Assembly: GCA_018815925.1 (NCBI GenBank)
Contig: JAHIWS010000017.1
Span: 15,285-79,284 of the forward strand
Direction of reading: 5' to 3'
Source of the DNA: Nanobdellota archaeon
GTDB taxonomy: Archaea > Nanobdellota > Nanobdellia > Pacearchaeales > GW2011-AR1
Length of the DNA stretch: 64,000 nt
The translations under genes were made by a program, and so were the position numbers. Every line of letters starts with the position of its first letter. Position 1 is the first letter of the stretch. Shown piece after piece: positions 49,102-56,702 of the stretch. The notes under the pieces are model-generated. The model did no database searches and was not told the origin of the DNA. It saw only the letters and a program-made list of their open reading frames with translations.

Positions 49102-49722
49102 TTAATCCAATTTTTTTAAATTGCTCACATTAACAATCCTACTATCCATATCAAGCCTTGGGCAGGAAGTATTTATCCAAGAGTCAATTTTAAAGTTTTC
49201 AAATTCAAAAGAGTTAATATTATCTCCTAGAAATAAATAAGATTTTTTATTTTTTATTTTGTTTTTTACTTCTAAAGCTTTTTTTAGATTTTGCTGACCA
49301 GGTTTTGTTGAAATCAATATACCAATTTTATTTGCATGAAGAAATTTCAAAAAACTAGCTTTTTGCTTTTTTTCAAGTGTTTCAATATCTTTTTTTGAAA
49401 TTTTATAGAGTTGGTTTTGTTCTAGTATATAAATAGGGAGCTTTGTTTCTTGAGCAAGAGATATTGCATGAAATCTTCCAGAACCTACTAGGAGTATAGC
49501 TTGTGTTGTTTTTGAAAGTTTAGGTTTACTACAACCTAAAACCTGCATAGTTTTTGTTATTTCATGGTTTTTTGATAATATTTTTTCAATTTCAAACACA
49601 ATATTTTGATACTGTATAGAATAAGCTATAGAGATAGTCTTAGGTAATTTTTTTGATATTTCAAGTATCTTTGCTTTATTTACTTCTGATCTGACTTTTG
49701 CTGGGATGAATATTGTTTTCAT
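49102..49722 (-). CDS. Diphthamide synthesis Dph2-like protein (short form)
   Basis: C-terminal WINTSCPRLDMD resembles the conserved Dph1/Dph2 ...ACPRL... motif, plus GILISTKPGQ-type repeat; only 206 aa versus about 340 for archaeal Dph2. Confidence 0.35.
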   Translation of the reverse strand: MKTIFIPAKVRSEVNKAKILEISKKLPKTISIAYSIQYQNIVFEIEKILSKNHEITKTMQVLGCSKPKLSKTTQAILLVGSGRFHAISLAQETKLPIYILEQNQLYKISKKDIETLEKKQKASFLKFLHANKIGILISTKPGQQNLKKALEVKNKIKNKKSYLFLGDNINSFEFENFKIDSWINTSCPRLDMDSRIVNVSNLKKLD

Positions 49723-49775
49723 TGTAATTTTAAACAGAAATAAGTAGTTTTAAAGGTTTTGGGGTTAACAAGAAT

Positions 49776-50165
49776 TCAATCCCACCTATCTTTTTTTTCT
49801 TCAGGGGGTTTTACTGCTTTGTGAATTTTTGCAAAAGAAGGAGTTACAATTATCATGTTTTCTCCAAACCCGGCAATACTTCCTTCAAGAGCATCTGCTG
49901 TTTTTTTTATTTTTGATACAGCTCTTTTCAACTCTATTGAATCTTTTTGTCTAAGAATTTTAATATCAACTATCGCAATTGTATAACCTTCTCTTAAAGA
50001 ATTAAGAATATCAGTAACATCTTCGTATTGTTTTAGTGTAAATAGTTTTACAAGAACCTTGTTTTCTTTTTCAGGCTGATCTAAATCAATTTCTAAATAT
50101 TCATTGCCAACTTCTTCATCATCTGTTGAGCCTGAAAAAACCTTTTTTAGTTTATCAAAAACCAT
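49776..50165 (-). CDS. sepF: Cell division protein SepF-like (DUF552)
   Basis: DILNSLREGYTIAIVDIKIL...LKRAVSKIKKTADALEGSIAGFGENMIIVTP matches SepF core; FtsZ encoded 3.5 kb away. Confidence 0.55.
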   Translation of the reverse strand: MVFDKLKKVFSGSTDDEEVGNEYLEIDLDQPEKENKVLVKLFTLKQYEDVTDILNSLREGYTIAIVDIKILRQKDSIELKRAVSKIKKTADALEGSIAGFGENMIIVTPSFAKIHKAVKPPEEKKDRWD

Positions 50166-50218
50166 GGTAATTTTAACTTGCCGAGATTTATAAAGATTTC
50201 GGGGTTTTTTAATATATT

Positions 50219-50542
50219 TTATTTCTTGATAGAGTTCATAACTTCTTTTCTGAGTTTTTTGAGTTGATCAGTTAAAGAACCCTCTTGTTTTTCAAGACTA
50301 TTTATTCTTAAATTCAAAATTTTCTCTTTATTCAAAAGCTCTTCTTTAATTTTAGGTTTTTCTGTTTTAAGCATAAGTTGCCCTATTATTTTATAAACCT
50401 CTTCTCCAGAACATTCTATTTCTTTTAATGCAGATTGAGTTTCATTTAATTCAATTTGGAATGCTTGTTTTTGAAACATGACATTCTGTAGGTTTTGTTC
50501 TAACATTTGCAGTTCTTGCATTTTATTGTCTTGTTCCTTCAT
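50219..50542 (-). CDS. pfdB: Prefoldin subunit beta
   Basis: 107 aa, two coiled-coil arms around a single beta-hairpin (VYKIIGQLMLKTEK); follows rpoP as in many archaea. Confidence 0.55.
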   Translation of the reverse strand: MKEQDNKMQELQMLEQNLQNVMFQKQAFQIELNETQSALKEIECSGEEVYKIIGQLMLKTEKPKIKEELLNKEKILNLRINSLEKQEGSLTDQLKKLRKEVMNSIKK

Positions 50543-50551
50543 TTTATGATC

Positions 50552-50689
50552 TTATACAGCCCTTATTTTTTTTACTTTTGTTCTTGGTTTGTAAAAAATT
50601 TTACCCCCACAATTAGGGCATACAAATCTCTTTTCAAGGGCAGCACTCTTTATTTTTTTCTCACACTTGAAACATTTATATTCTACCAT
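50552..50689 (-). CDS. rpoP: DNA-directed RNA polymerase subunit P (RpoP/Rpb12-like)
   Basis: Hand-translated 45 aa MVEYKCFKCEKKIKSAALEKRFVCPNCGGKIFYKPRTKVKKIRAV with CxxC...CxxC zinc ribbon; below ORF-track cutoff. Confidence 0.75.
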   Translation of the reverse strand: MVEYKCFKCEKKIKSAALEKRFVCPNCGGKIFYKPRTKVKKIRAV

Positions 50690-50733
50690 TTTATTATATT
50701 TTTTAGTTTGTTTTTAAAGTATTCTATTTTATT

Positions 50734-50967
50734 TTAGTTGTATGTCTGAATAATCTCTTTGTCTAAATTCAGGTAGGCATTCATCCTACTTCCTCTTCCC
50801 TTGTTTTTTAATTTTTCTTCCATTTGTTTTTGAAAAACATTTATTTTTTTCAGATCCCCGTTAAAAGTATCTTTATTATAAATATAACTAGTAAGACTAA
50901 ATAATTCATTTGTATACAAAGGAGCTATATCATAAAAGCCCTTATAATCTACTTCTCTATTTATCAT
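50734..50967 (-). CDS. Hypothetical small protein inserted between L37ae and rpoP
   Basis: 77-aa ORF tightly packed (2-nt gap to L37ae); no recognisable family. Confidence 0.35.
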   Translation of the reverse strand: MINREVDYKGFYDIAPLYTNELFSLTSYIYNKDTFNGDLKKINVFQKQMEEKLKNKGRGSRMNAYLNLDKEIIQTYN

Positions 50968-50968
50968 T

Positions 50969-51193
50969 TTAATCTAAATAATATGTATTTGATGCAAATT
51001 TTTTATTGCATTTTTTCCTTGTACATTGCCAAATTCCTTTTGAAAGTCTTTTTACTCCTAATTTTCCACAAAAAGGACATTTTTGTTTTTTTCTTTGTTT
51101 TTCTTCGACTTTTACTAATTTATTTCTAACTCTTTTTCCGTATCTAGCTCCAAAACGGCCTGCTGATTTTGTTTTTTTTAATTTTGTTGGCAT
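50969..51193 (-). CDS. rpl37ae: 50S ribosomal protein L37ae (eL43)
   Basis: GRFGARYGKRVRNK...CPFCGKLGVKRLSKGIWQCTRKKC zinc-ribbon eL43 signature. Confidence 0.85.
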   Translation of the reverse strand: MPTKLKKTKSAGRFGARYGKRVRNKLVKVEEKQRKKQKCPFCGKLGVKRLSKGIWQCTRKKCNKKFASNTYYLD

Positions 51194-51204
51194 TTTTTAT
51201 TAAA

Positions 51205-51278
51205 TGGGGCTGCCAAGATTTGAACTTGGGTCGCCAGGTCCCAAACCTGGAATACTAACCAGGCTATACTACAGCCCC
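51205..51278 (-). tRNA. tRNA-Pro (anticodon UGG)
   Basis: Hand-folded minus strand: acceptor GGGGCTG/CAGCCCC, D-loop AGCCTGGTTAG, anticodon stem CCAGG/CCTGG with loop UUUGGGA, T-arm CCAAG-TTCAAAT-CTTGG. Confidence 0.75.
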
Positions 51279-51318
51279 TTATAATTTAAGGGGTCAGAGC
51301 AATTTATAAACCTAACCT

Positions 51319-51972
51319 TTATTTCTTTTCCTCTTTTTTATCTTCGACTTTCTCTTCTGTTTTTGTTTCTCCAACAGGTTTTTCTTTTTTTGCTTCTTCT
51401 GCTTCTTGTTCTTGTTTAATTAATTTTTCCTGTTCTTTTTGTATCGCTTTAAAATATTCATCTAATTTTTTCTTTTTTTCTTCTGGAGTTTCTGTTTTTT
51501 CTTCTTCAATTTCTTTACCAAACTTTCCTCCCGCAATTTGATGCCCTAAATCTGCAGCTAGTTGATTTTCTACTAAAATTCCAAGACTTGCACAAGTTCC
51601 TATTACATTTTTAACAGCAGTTTTTAAATTATTACAAAGAAGGTTTGGGAGTTTAGTTTTAGCAATAGATATTACTTGCTCTATTGAAATATTTCCAGCA
51701 TATTGTTTTTTTTGAAGTCCAGAACCCTTTTCAATTCCAAGTTCTTTTTTTAATAATTCAGATACAGGAGGAGAAAAAACCTTTACTTCAAATTCTTTAG
51801 TTCCTACATCCACATCAAGTTCAACAGGAACTTTCATTCCTTTGAAATTTTTTGTTGCTTCATTAACTTTATTTATAACCTCTCCAATATTTATTCCTAC
51901 AGGACCAAGTTTCTGGCTAAGAGCAGGACCTGGTGACATGCTTCCTCCTTCTGCTAGAATTTTAATTATCAT
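51319..51972 (-). CDS. rpl11: 50S ribosomal protein L11 (uL11) with E/K-rich C-terminal extension
   Basis: IIKILAEGGSMSPGPALSQKLGPVGINIGEVINKVNEATKNFKGMKVPV uL11 core; about 70-aa charged tail. Confidence 0.88.
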   Translation of the reverse strand: MIIKILAEGGSMSPGPALSQKLGPVGINIGEVINKVNEATKNFKGMKVPVELDVDVGTKEFEVKVFSPPVSELLKKELGIEKGSGLQKKQYAGNISIEQVISIAKTKLPNLLCNNLKTAVKNVIGTCASLGILVENQLAADLGHQIAGGKFGKEIEEEKTETPEEKKKKLDEYFKAIQKEQEKLIKQEQEAEEAKKEKPVGETKTEEKVEDKKEEKK

Positions 51973-52183
51973 TTTGCACTCCTAATAATTGGACCAATTT
52001 ATTTTGTTTTAAAACTAAATTATCATGTTCTATTAAAGTTTCTACAGCCGATTCATATTCCCCTGTACCTCCTGTTTTTTCTAATCTTGACATCCTACCT
52101 TCATAAAGAGTTGCCAAATAGGTTATTCTATTATTTATTTTATCTATTTTTAATTTTAAATACAACCCGTATATTTTATTCAT
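51962..52183 (-). CDS. Hypothetical small protein between spt5 and L11
   Basis: 73-aa ORF filling the spt5-L11 gap with short overlaps on both sides; no recognisable family. Confidence 0.3.
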   Translation of the reverse strand: MNKIYGLYLKLKIDKINNRITYLATLYEGRMSRLEKTGGTGEYESAVETLIEHDNLVLKQNKLVQLLGVQNDN

Positions 52184-52628
52184 CTTCTTCCTCCTCCCTT
52201 CGAATTACTTTTACATTATCGAGTTTAACTGTGACAGGCAATGGAACAACTGCTGCAAGTAAACTAACAACAACCTCTTCTTTTTGTTTATCTATTCTTA
52301 CTACTTTTGCTTTTTCTTTTTTAAAAGGTTCTGCAATCATTTCAACAATATCTCCTTCTTTAATTTGAATATCTGCTATAGAAGGTTCCACCATATTTTT
52401 GATTTCTTCATAACCTATTGTTTTTCCAATAATACCTTTTACATACGGAAGATTAAAAACAGCTTCTTCTGCACTTTCACGATCTTCTGCTTCTAAAAGA
52501 ATATAACCTCTAAGACCATGCGGACGTGATACTGAAAAAACATTTAGTTCTTTTTTTCTTATTCTGTCAGCAATCATGTCAACTGCTCTTTCTTCTTTGT
52601 TTGTTGTTACTTTTATAATAAATATCAT
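52176..52628 (-). CDS. spt5: Transcription elongation factor Spt5 (NusG homolog)
   Basis: NGN domain (IFIIKVTTNKEERAVDMI) plus KOW motif GDIVEMIAEPFKKEKAKVVRID; canonical position between secE and L11. Confidence 0.85.
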   Translation of the reverse strand: MIFIIKVTTNKEERAVDMIADRIRKKELNVFSVSRPHGLRGYILLEAEDRESAEEAVFNLPYVKGIIGKTIGYEEIKNMVEPSIADIQIKEGDIVEMIAEPFKKEKAKVVRIDKQKEEVVVSLLAAVVPLPVTVKLDNVKVIRREEEEDE

Positions 52629-52707
52629 TTTATTTTGCTTCCACTACCCCTCAACTTTGTAATGTGTTAAGAAGTATAAATATATTTAAAATTAAACCTT
52701 TATAAAA

Positions 52708-52956
52708 TTAATGTTTTCTTCTATTATAACTATCTTTAAGAACTACAGCAGCAGCAGATAAGATTGGAGGTATGACTCCTGCTGTTGCCAAATTCATTGA
52801 TGTTTCATACATTAAGGGATTTGGATTTGATATATGATACTCTAACGCTAGTCCAATACCAGATGAAATTAAAACAGCTCCAAATACAATTGATCCTAAT
52901 AAACCTTGTTCAAGTGAAATCCCTTTTTTATTATTTTTTAAATTATTGTCTTCCAT
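52708..52956 (-). CDS. Small two-TM membrane protein inserted between secE and spt5
   Basis: 82 aa, two hydrophobic helices (LLGSIVFGAVLISSGIGLAL; AGVIPPILSAAAVVL). Confidence 0.35.
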   Translation of the reverse strand: MEDNNLKNNKKGISLEQGLLGSIVFGAVLISSGIGLALEYHISNPNPLMYETSMNLATAGVIPPILSAAAVVLKDSYNRRKH

Positions 52957-53013
52957 ATATTAAATTACAAAAAGCCATTTAAATATTTAATTTTAATGGA
53001 TTATAACTTTAAT

Positions 53014-53190
53014 TTATACAAAAATTTTCATAATTAATGAAATTAAGAAGCCGAGCAATCCAAGAATAGCTATACCTATTGAAGATATTTTAGAAACTTG
53101 CTCATATTCTTTTTTATTTGGTTTTTTAAGAATATGCCACACTCTTTTACACTTAAGTAAAAAGGACTTTGATTTTAATAGTATTGTCAT
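53014..53190 (-). CDS. secE: Protein translocase subunit SecE (Sec61 gamma)
   Basis: Hand-translated 58 aa MTILLKSKSFLLKCKRVWHILKKPNKKEYEQVSKISSIGIAILGLLGFLISLIMKIFV: amphipathic N-region plus single C-terminal TM; canonical position upstream of spt5; below ORF-track cutoff. Confidence 0.65.
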   Translation of the reverse strand: MTILLKSKSFLLKCKRVWHILKKPNKKEYEQVSKISSIGIAILGLLGFLISLIMKIFV

Positions 53191-53224
53191 GATTTAAATA
53201 GAAATAAAGAGTTTTTAAAATTTG

Positions 53225-53716
53225 TTAATAATCATAATAAGAATAATCGTTTATTATTTCTATTCCCATTGCCTTTGCAGTTTTAATATTAGATTCTTCC
53301 ATAAACCATTTAGATAATCTTTCAAATTGAGCTTTTTTACAAATGTCCCAATTGGCTCTAGGAGTATCTTCTTTTGGGAGTTGTTTTTCTTCAAATCTTA
53401 ATAAAAGTTTTGTGGTTGGAGGAGCTCCAGGATAAGTTAAATCAACTTGAATAAATTGGTAACCTACTGAAAAACCCATATTGGTATTAATAGGCATAAA
53501 ACAAATATTATCTCTTTTAATAATTATCTCTATAATTTTCCCTAGTTGTCTTTTAGTTAATTTTTTATCTTTATAATTATCTACAAATCCTTCTCCATAA
53601 ACTTTAGAACATACTCTTTGAACACCTCTCATAGATTTATCTAGTTTAGTAAAGAAATTTATATCTGCTGAGGTTAATTTTTTTGATAATTTTGTCATAT
53701 TATTCAATAAACTCAA
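53225..53716 (-). CDS. Hypothetical protein
   Basis: 163-aa ORF between ftsZ and secE; 17-nt overlap with ftsZ; no recognisable family. Confidence 0.4.
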   Translation of the reverse strand: MSLLNNMTKLSKKLTSADINFFTKLDKSMRGVQRVCSKVYGEGFVDNYKDKKLTKRQLGKIIEIIIKRDNICFMPINTNMGFSVGYQFIQVDLTYPGAPPTTKLLLRFEEKQLPKEDTPRANWDICKKAQFERLSKWFMEESNIKTAKAMGIEIINDYSYYDY

Positions 53717-54821
53717 TTCCTAATTCTTCCTCGATTTCACGGTGTTTCATACTTTCTACAGATTCACCATGTCCTAGAATTTGAGCTGATTTAACTCCTG
53801 TAACAATTAATAAAACTCTAATTGATTTTTCCATATCAGCAGAAATCTGGGCTCCCCATATTAATCTCGCGTCAGGACTTAGTTTTTCTCCTATTGTTTC
53901 TATTATTATTTTACACTCTTCTAGGCTCATATTAGGACCTCCAACAATATTTACTAAAGAACCAGTTGCATTTGAAATATCAACATCAAGTAAAGGATTT
54001 TGGATTGCTTTGTTAACAGCATCCATAGCTCTTTGCTCTGTATCAGATTCACCCATTCCTATTAAAGAAACACCTCCATTTGCCATGACAGCCCTTATAT
54101 CTGCAAAATCAAGATTAACTAAACCAGAAGTTGTTACTAATTCAGTGACTCCTTTAACCGCATTAGTGAGTATTTCATCAGCAATTTTAAATGCTGTATG
54201 TAATGGAAGTTCAGGAGCTAATTCTAAAAGTTTATCATTGGGAATAACTATAAGGGTATCAACACTAGCTTCAAGTCTTTCAAGACCATCCATTGCATTC
54301 TCAATTCTTTTTTTACCTTCTATTGTAAAAGGAAGAGTCACAACCCCTATAGTCAAAGAACCTTGTTTTTTTGCCAAATCTGCAATAACAGGAGCAGCTC
54401 CTGTTCCTGTTCCTCCTCCTAATCCACATGTAATAAAAATCATATCGCTTCCTAAAAGTTTTTTCTTTATTTCAGATCCAGATTCTTTTGCTGCTTCTTG
54501 CCCTATTTTTGGATTGCTTCCAGCTCCTAAACCTTGTGTTAATTCTTTTCCAATCAAAATTTTATGGTCAGCATTAACATAAAGAAGATCTTGTGCATCT
54601 GTATTTATTGCTATAAGTTCCCCTCCTTTGATTCCAATTTCTCTCATTCTGCTTAAAGAATTGCCTCCACCACCCCCAACTCCAATAACTTTAATTTTAG
54701 CTGATTGTTTTTTAAGGAGTTCTTCTAATTCATGATCAATTTCTTTTAGTTCAGAAGAAAATTCAGACATAGGTTTAGAATATGAATTCCCTCCATTATT
54801 TGAACCATAAATATCATCCAT
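53700..54821 (-). CDS. ftsZ: Cell division GTPase FtsZ
   Basis: GGGGNSLSRM, GLGAGSNPKIGQEAA and GLGGGTGTGAAPVIA tubulin/FtsZ signatures; start set at the second Met (MDDIYG...) because the track start (54854) lies inside the conserved promoter motif at 54848-54864. Confidence 0.85.
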   Translation of the reverse strand: MDDIYGSNNGGNSYSKPMSEFSSELKEIDHELEELLKKQSAKIKVIGVGGGGGNSLSRMREIGIKGGELIAINTDAQDLLYVNADHKILIGKELTQGLGAGSNPKIGQEAAKESGSEIKKKLLGSDMIFITCGLGGGTGTGAAPVIADLAKKQGSLTIGVVTLPFTIEGKKRIENAMDGLERLEASVDTLIVIPNDKLLELAPELPLHTAFKIADEILTNAVKGVTELVTTSGLVNLDFADIRAVMANGGVSLIGMGESDTEQRAMDAVNKAIQNPLLDVDISNATGSLVNIVGGPNMSLEECKIIIETIGEKLSPDARLIWGAQISADMEKSIRVLLIVTGVKSAQILGHGESVESMKHREIEEELGIEFIE

Positions 54822-54847
54822 GTCTTGAAGTAAGCAGGAATTATTTA

Positions 54848-54864
54848 TAAGCATTATTGTGGTA
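54848..54864 (-). promoter_or_regulatory. Conserved BRE/TATA promoter motif (copy 1, upstream of ftsZ)
   Basis: Plus-strand TAAGCATTATTGTGGTA (coding strand TACCACAATAATGCTTA followed by AAAA), about 27 nt upstream of the probable ftsZ start; identical to copy at 62927. Confidence 0.5.
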
Positions 54865-54913
54865 CAAAAAACACCAAAGTGTTTTAGAGAATTATTGTGC
54901 TCTTTTAGGAGGG

Positions 54914-55237
54914 TTATTTTAAAATTTTAAAATTTTCTTCATCTATTTGTTTTTTATATTGATTAAAAAAATTCTTAACAGATGGAAGAAGAGCTTTGTT
55001 ATACAACACTTCTATTCTTTTATACCCTAATTTATGTGGTCCAGTAAAAGGATGTTCATAATTACCTATAAATTCTAATTTTCCTTTATTATCTATAACA
55101 ATTTTAACTAAACTTTCTTCACTATGTCCATCAAAGATAGTCCTCTCTAAAAATACTTTTTTATTTTGTTTATCTATTAAATAAAAAACTCCAAAATCAA
55201 GATCTTTAAATTCAATTCCTTCTGTTTCAGTTGGCAT
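54914..55237 (-). CDS. Hypothetical protein
   Basis: 107-aa ORF; no recognisable family. Confidence 0.4.
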   Translation of the reverse strand: MPTETEGIEFKDLDFGVFYLIDKQNKKVFLERTIFDGHSEESLVKIVIDNKGKLEFIGNYEHPFTGPHKLGYKRIEVLYNKALLPSVKNFFNQYKKQIDEENFKILK

Positions 55238-55267
55238 TTTTAAAAAATTAAATCTAGTATTTATAAT

Positions 55268-55921
55268 TTATTGTTCTTTATCAATATTTTTTTTGTTTTC
55301 AATTTCTTTAACTTCTAGATCCAAGCCCAAAATATCTTTGAATTTATCTTTGAAAAGCCCTGCAAATTGTTTCATGCCTTTATCAACATTTAATACAATT
55401 TTCTTCTCTTCTATCTTAAACTCAAAATCTTTTCTAAATAAGAATTCAATAATAGATTTTACTTTTTCATTTAGATCAGTTACAATTCTTTTTACATTTA
55501 TATCATAAATAACATCTTTTCCTGCTATTGGATTATTAAAATCAGTTAAAATTCTACCTCCAGAAGCACTTAATATTTTTCCAATTCTTCCATCAAAATT
55601 AAATATTGCTCCAGGAATTGGGTTAATTTGTTGTTCTTTAAAAACTTTCATTGGAATTCTTTTTATTAGTTCTGGATTTCTATTACCAAATGCTTTTTCA
55701 GGAGAAAGTTCAACTTTATATTCTCCAATATTTTTTTCAATCAAAAAATCTTCAACACTTTTCAGAAACATTTCTTGTCCAAGAACAATTATAAGTGGTT
55801 TTGCTTGTATCTGAGGATTTATTTTTTGAAGATCTTCTTTGATATTTGAATCAAAAATGTTTCCTTCTTTAGTTTTTGCTGTAAATTCTATTTCAATGAA
55901 ATCATTTTTTTTAAGAGGCAT
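55268..55921 (-). CDS. FKBP-type peptidyl-prolyl cis-trans isomerase (long archaeal type)
   Basis: FKBP fold motifs IEIEFTAKTKEGNIFDSN...LIIVLGQEMFLKSVEDFL with inserted IF/flap region. Confidence 0.55.
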   Translation of the reverse strand: MPLKKNDFIEIEFTAKTKEGNIFDSNIKEDLQKINPQIQAKPLIIVLGQEMFLKSVEDFLIEKNIGEYKVELSPEKAFGNRNPELIKRIPMKVFKEQQINPIPGAIFNFDGRIGKILSASGGRILTDFNNPIAGKDVIYDINVKRIVTDLNEKVKSIIEFLFRKDFEFKIEEKKIVLNVDKGMKQFAGLFKDKFKDILGLDLEVKEIENKKNIDKEQ

Positions 55922-55971
55922 AAAAGAAATTTCTCAGCAATCTTTATAAATCTACCTTTTCTTCCTAACTT

Positions 55972-56358
55972 ATGGTTGCTAAAATTATTAATGCTACAGA
56001 GGCGAGAGTAGGAACTAATATTCTTCTCGAAGGTGAACCTTATACTGTAAAAAAAATAGATATAAGCAGTACAGGAAAACATGGGCATTCTAAATGTAGG
56101 ATTGAAGCAACAGGCATAATTAGTGATAAGAAAAAAGTTTTTGTTATTCCAGGACATGATAGATTTGAGGTTCCAATGGTAAATAAAAACAAAGCACAAG
56201 TTTTATCAATAGGGGATAAAGTAAGTGTTATGGATCTTGAAAGTTTTGAAACTTTAGAAATTCCTTGTTCAGATGAAATAAAATCAGAATTAAATGAAAA
56301 CTCTAATGTTGAATATTGGGATATTGAGGGGCAGAGGATAATCAAACGGAAATTATAA
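55972..56358 (+). CDS. Translation initiation factor 5A (aIF-5A)
   Basis: Hypusine-loop STGKHGHSKCRIEATGII and OB-fold C-terminal domain; 128 aa. Confidence 0.85.
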   Translation: MVAKIINATEARVGTNILLEGEPYTVKKIDISSTGKHGHSKCRIEATGIISDKKKVFVIPGHDRFEVPMVNKNKAQVLSIGDKVSVMDLESFETLEIPCSDEIKSELNENSNVEYWDIEGQRIIKRKL

Positions 56359-56529
56359 AAATGAAAAAATATGATTCAAATAAACCAAATATAAAAATAA
56401 AGTATAATGGGGATAATTATGTGGCTCTTCCAATAAGAGAAAAAGCAAATTTATTTTTATTAGTGATTCAATCTCGAAAGAAATTTAAAAGTAGGTTAGA
56501 AAAAGATTCTTGTGGAAGTGTTAATTAAA

Positions 56530-56691
56530 ATGACAAAAATATTAGAGGCACAAAATAGATTGTTCAAGAACATGTTTGTTTGCAAGAGATGCAAAACAAA
56601 AATTAGAGCAGACCCCCAAAAAATTCTCAAAGGCAAAGTCAAATGCAGAAAATGTAAAAAATCTGCCTTTAGACCTTTAAAAAAGAAATAG
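56530..56691 (+). CDS. rpl40e: 50S ribosomal protein L40e
   Basis: Hand-translated 53 aa MTKILEAQNRLFKNMFVCKRCKTKIRADPQKILKGKVKCRKCKKSAFRPLKKK with the C..C...C..C eL40 zinc-ribbon pattern; below ORF-track cutoff. Confidence 0.65.
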   Translation: MTKILEAQNRLFKNMFVCKRCKTKIRADPQKILKGKVKCRKCKKSAFRPLKKK

Positions 56692-56702
56692 GTGATTAAA
56701 AA

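Noticed and set aside
50507-50737. 76-aa plus-strand ORF
   Set aside because: Antisense to the hand-annotated rpoP zinc-ribbon gene, whose translation is strongly conserved. The plus ORF is F/Y/L low-complexity.
54010-54582. 190-aa plus-strand ORF
   Set aside because: Fully antisense inside ftsZ. Its composition mirrors the Gly/Ala-rich FtsZ codons.
56361-56528. 55-aa ORF MKKYDSNKPNIKIKYNGDNYVALPIREKANLFLLVIQSRKKFKSRLEKDSCGSVN between aIF-5A and L40e
   Set aside because: No recognisable family and below size cutoff. Could be real, but evidence is insufficient to call.
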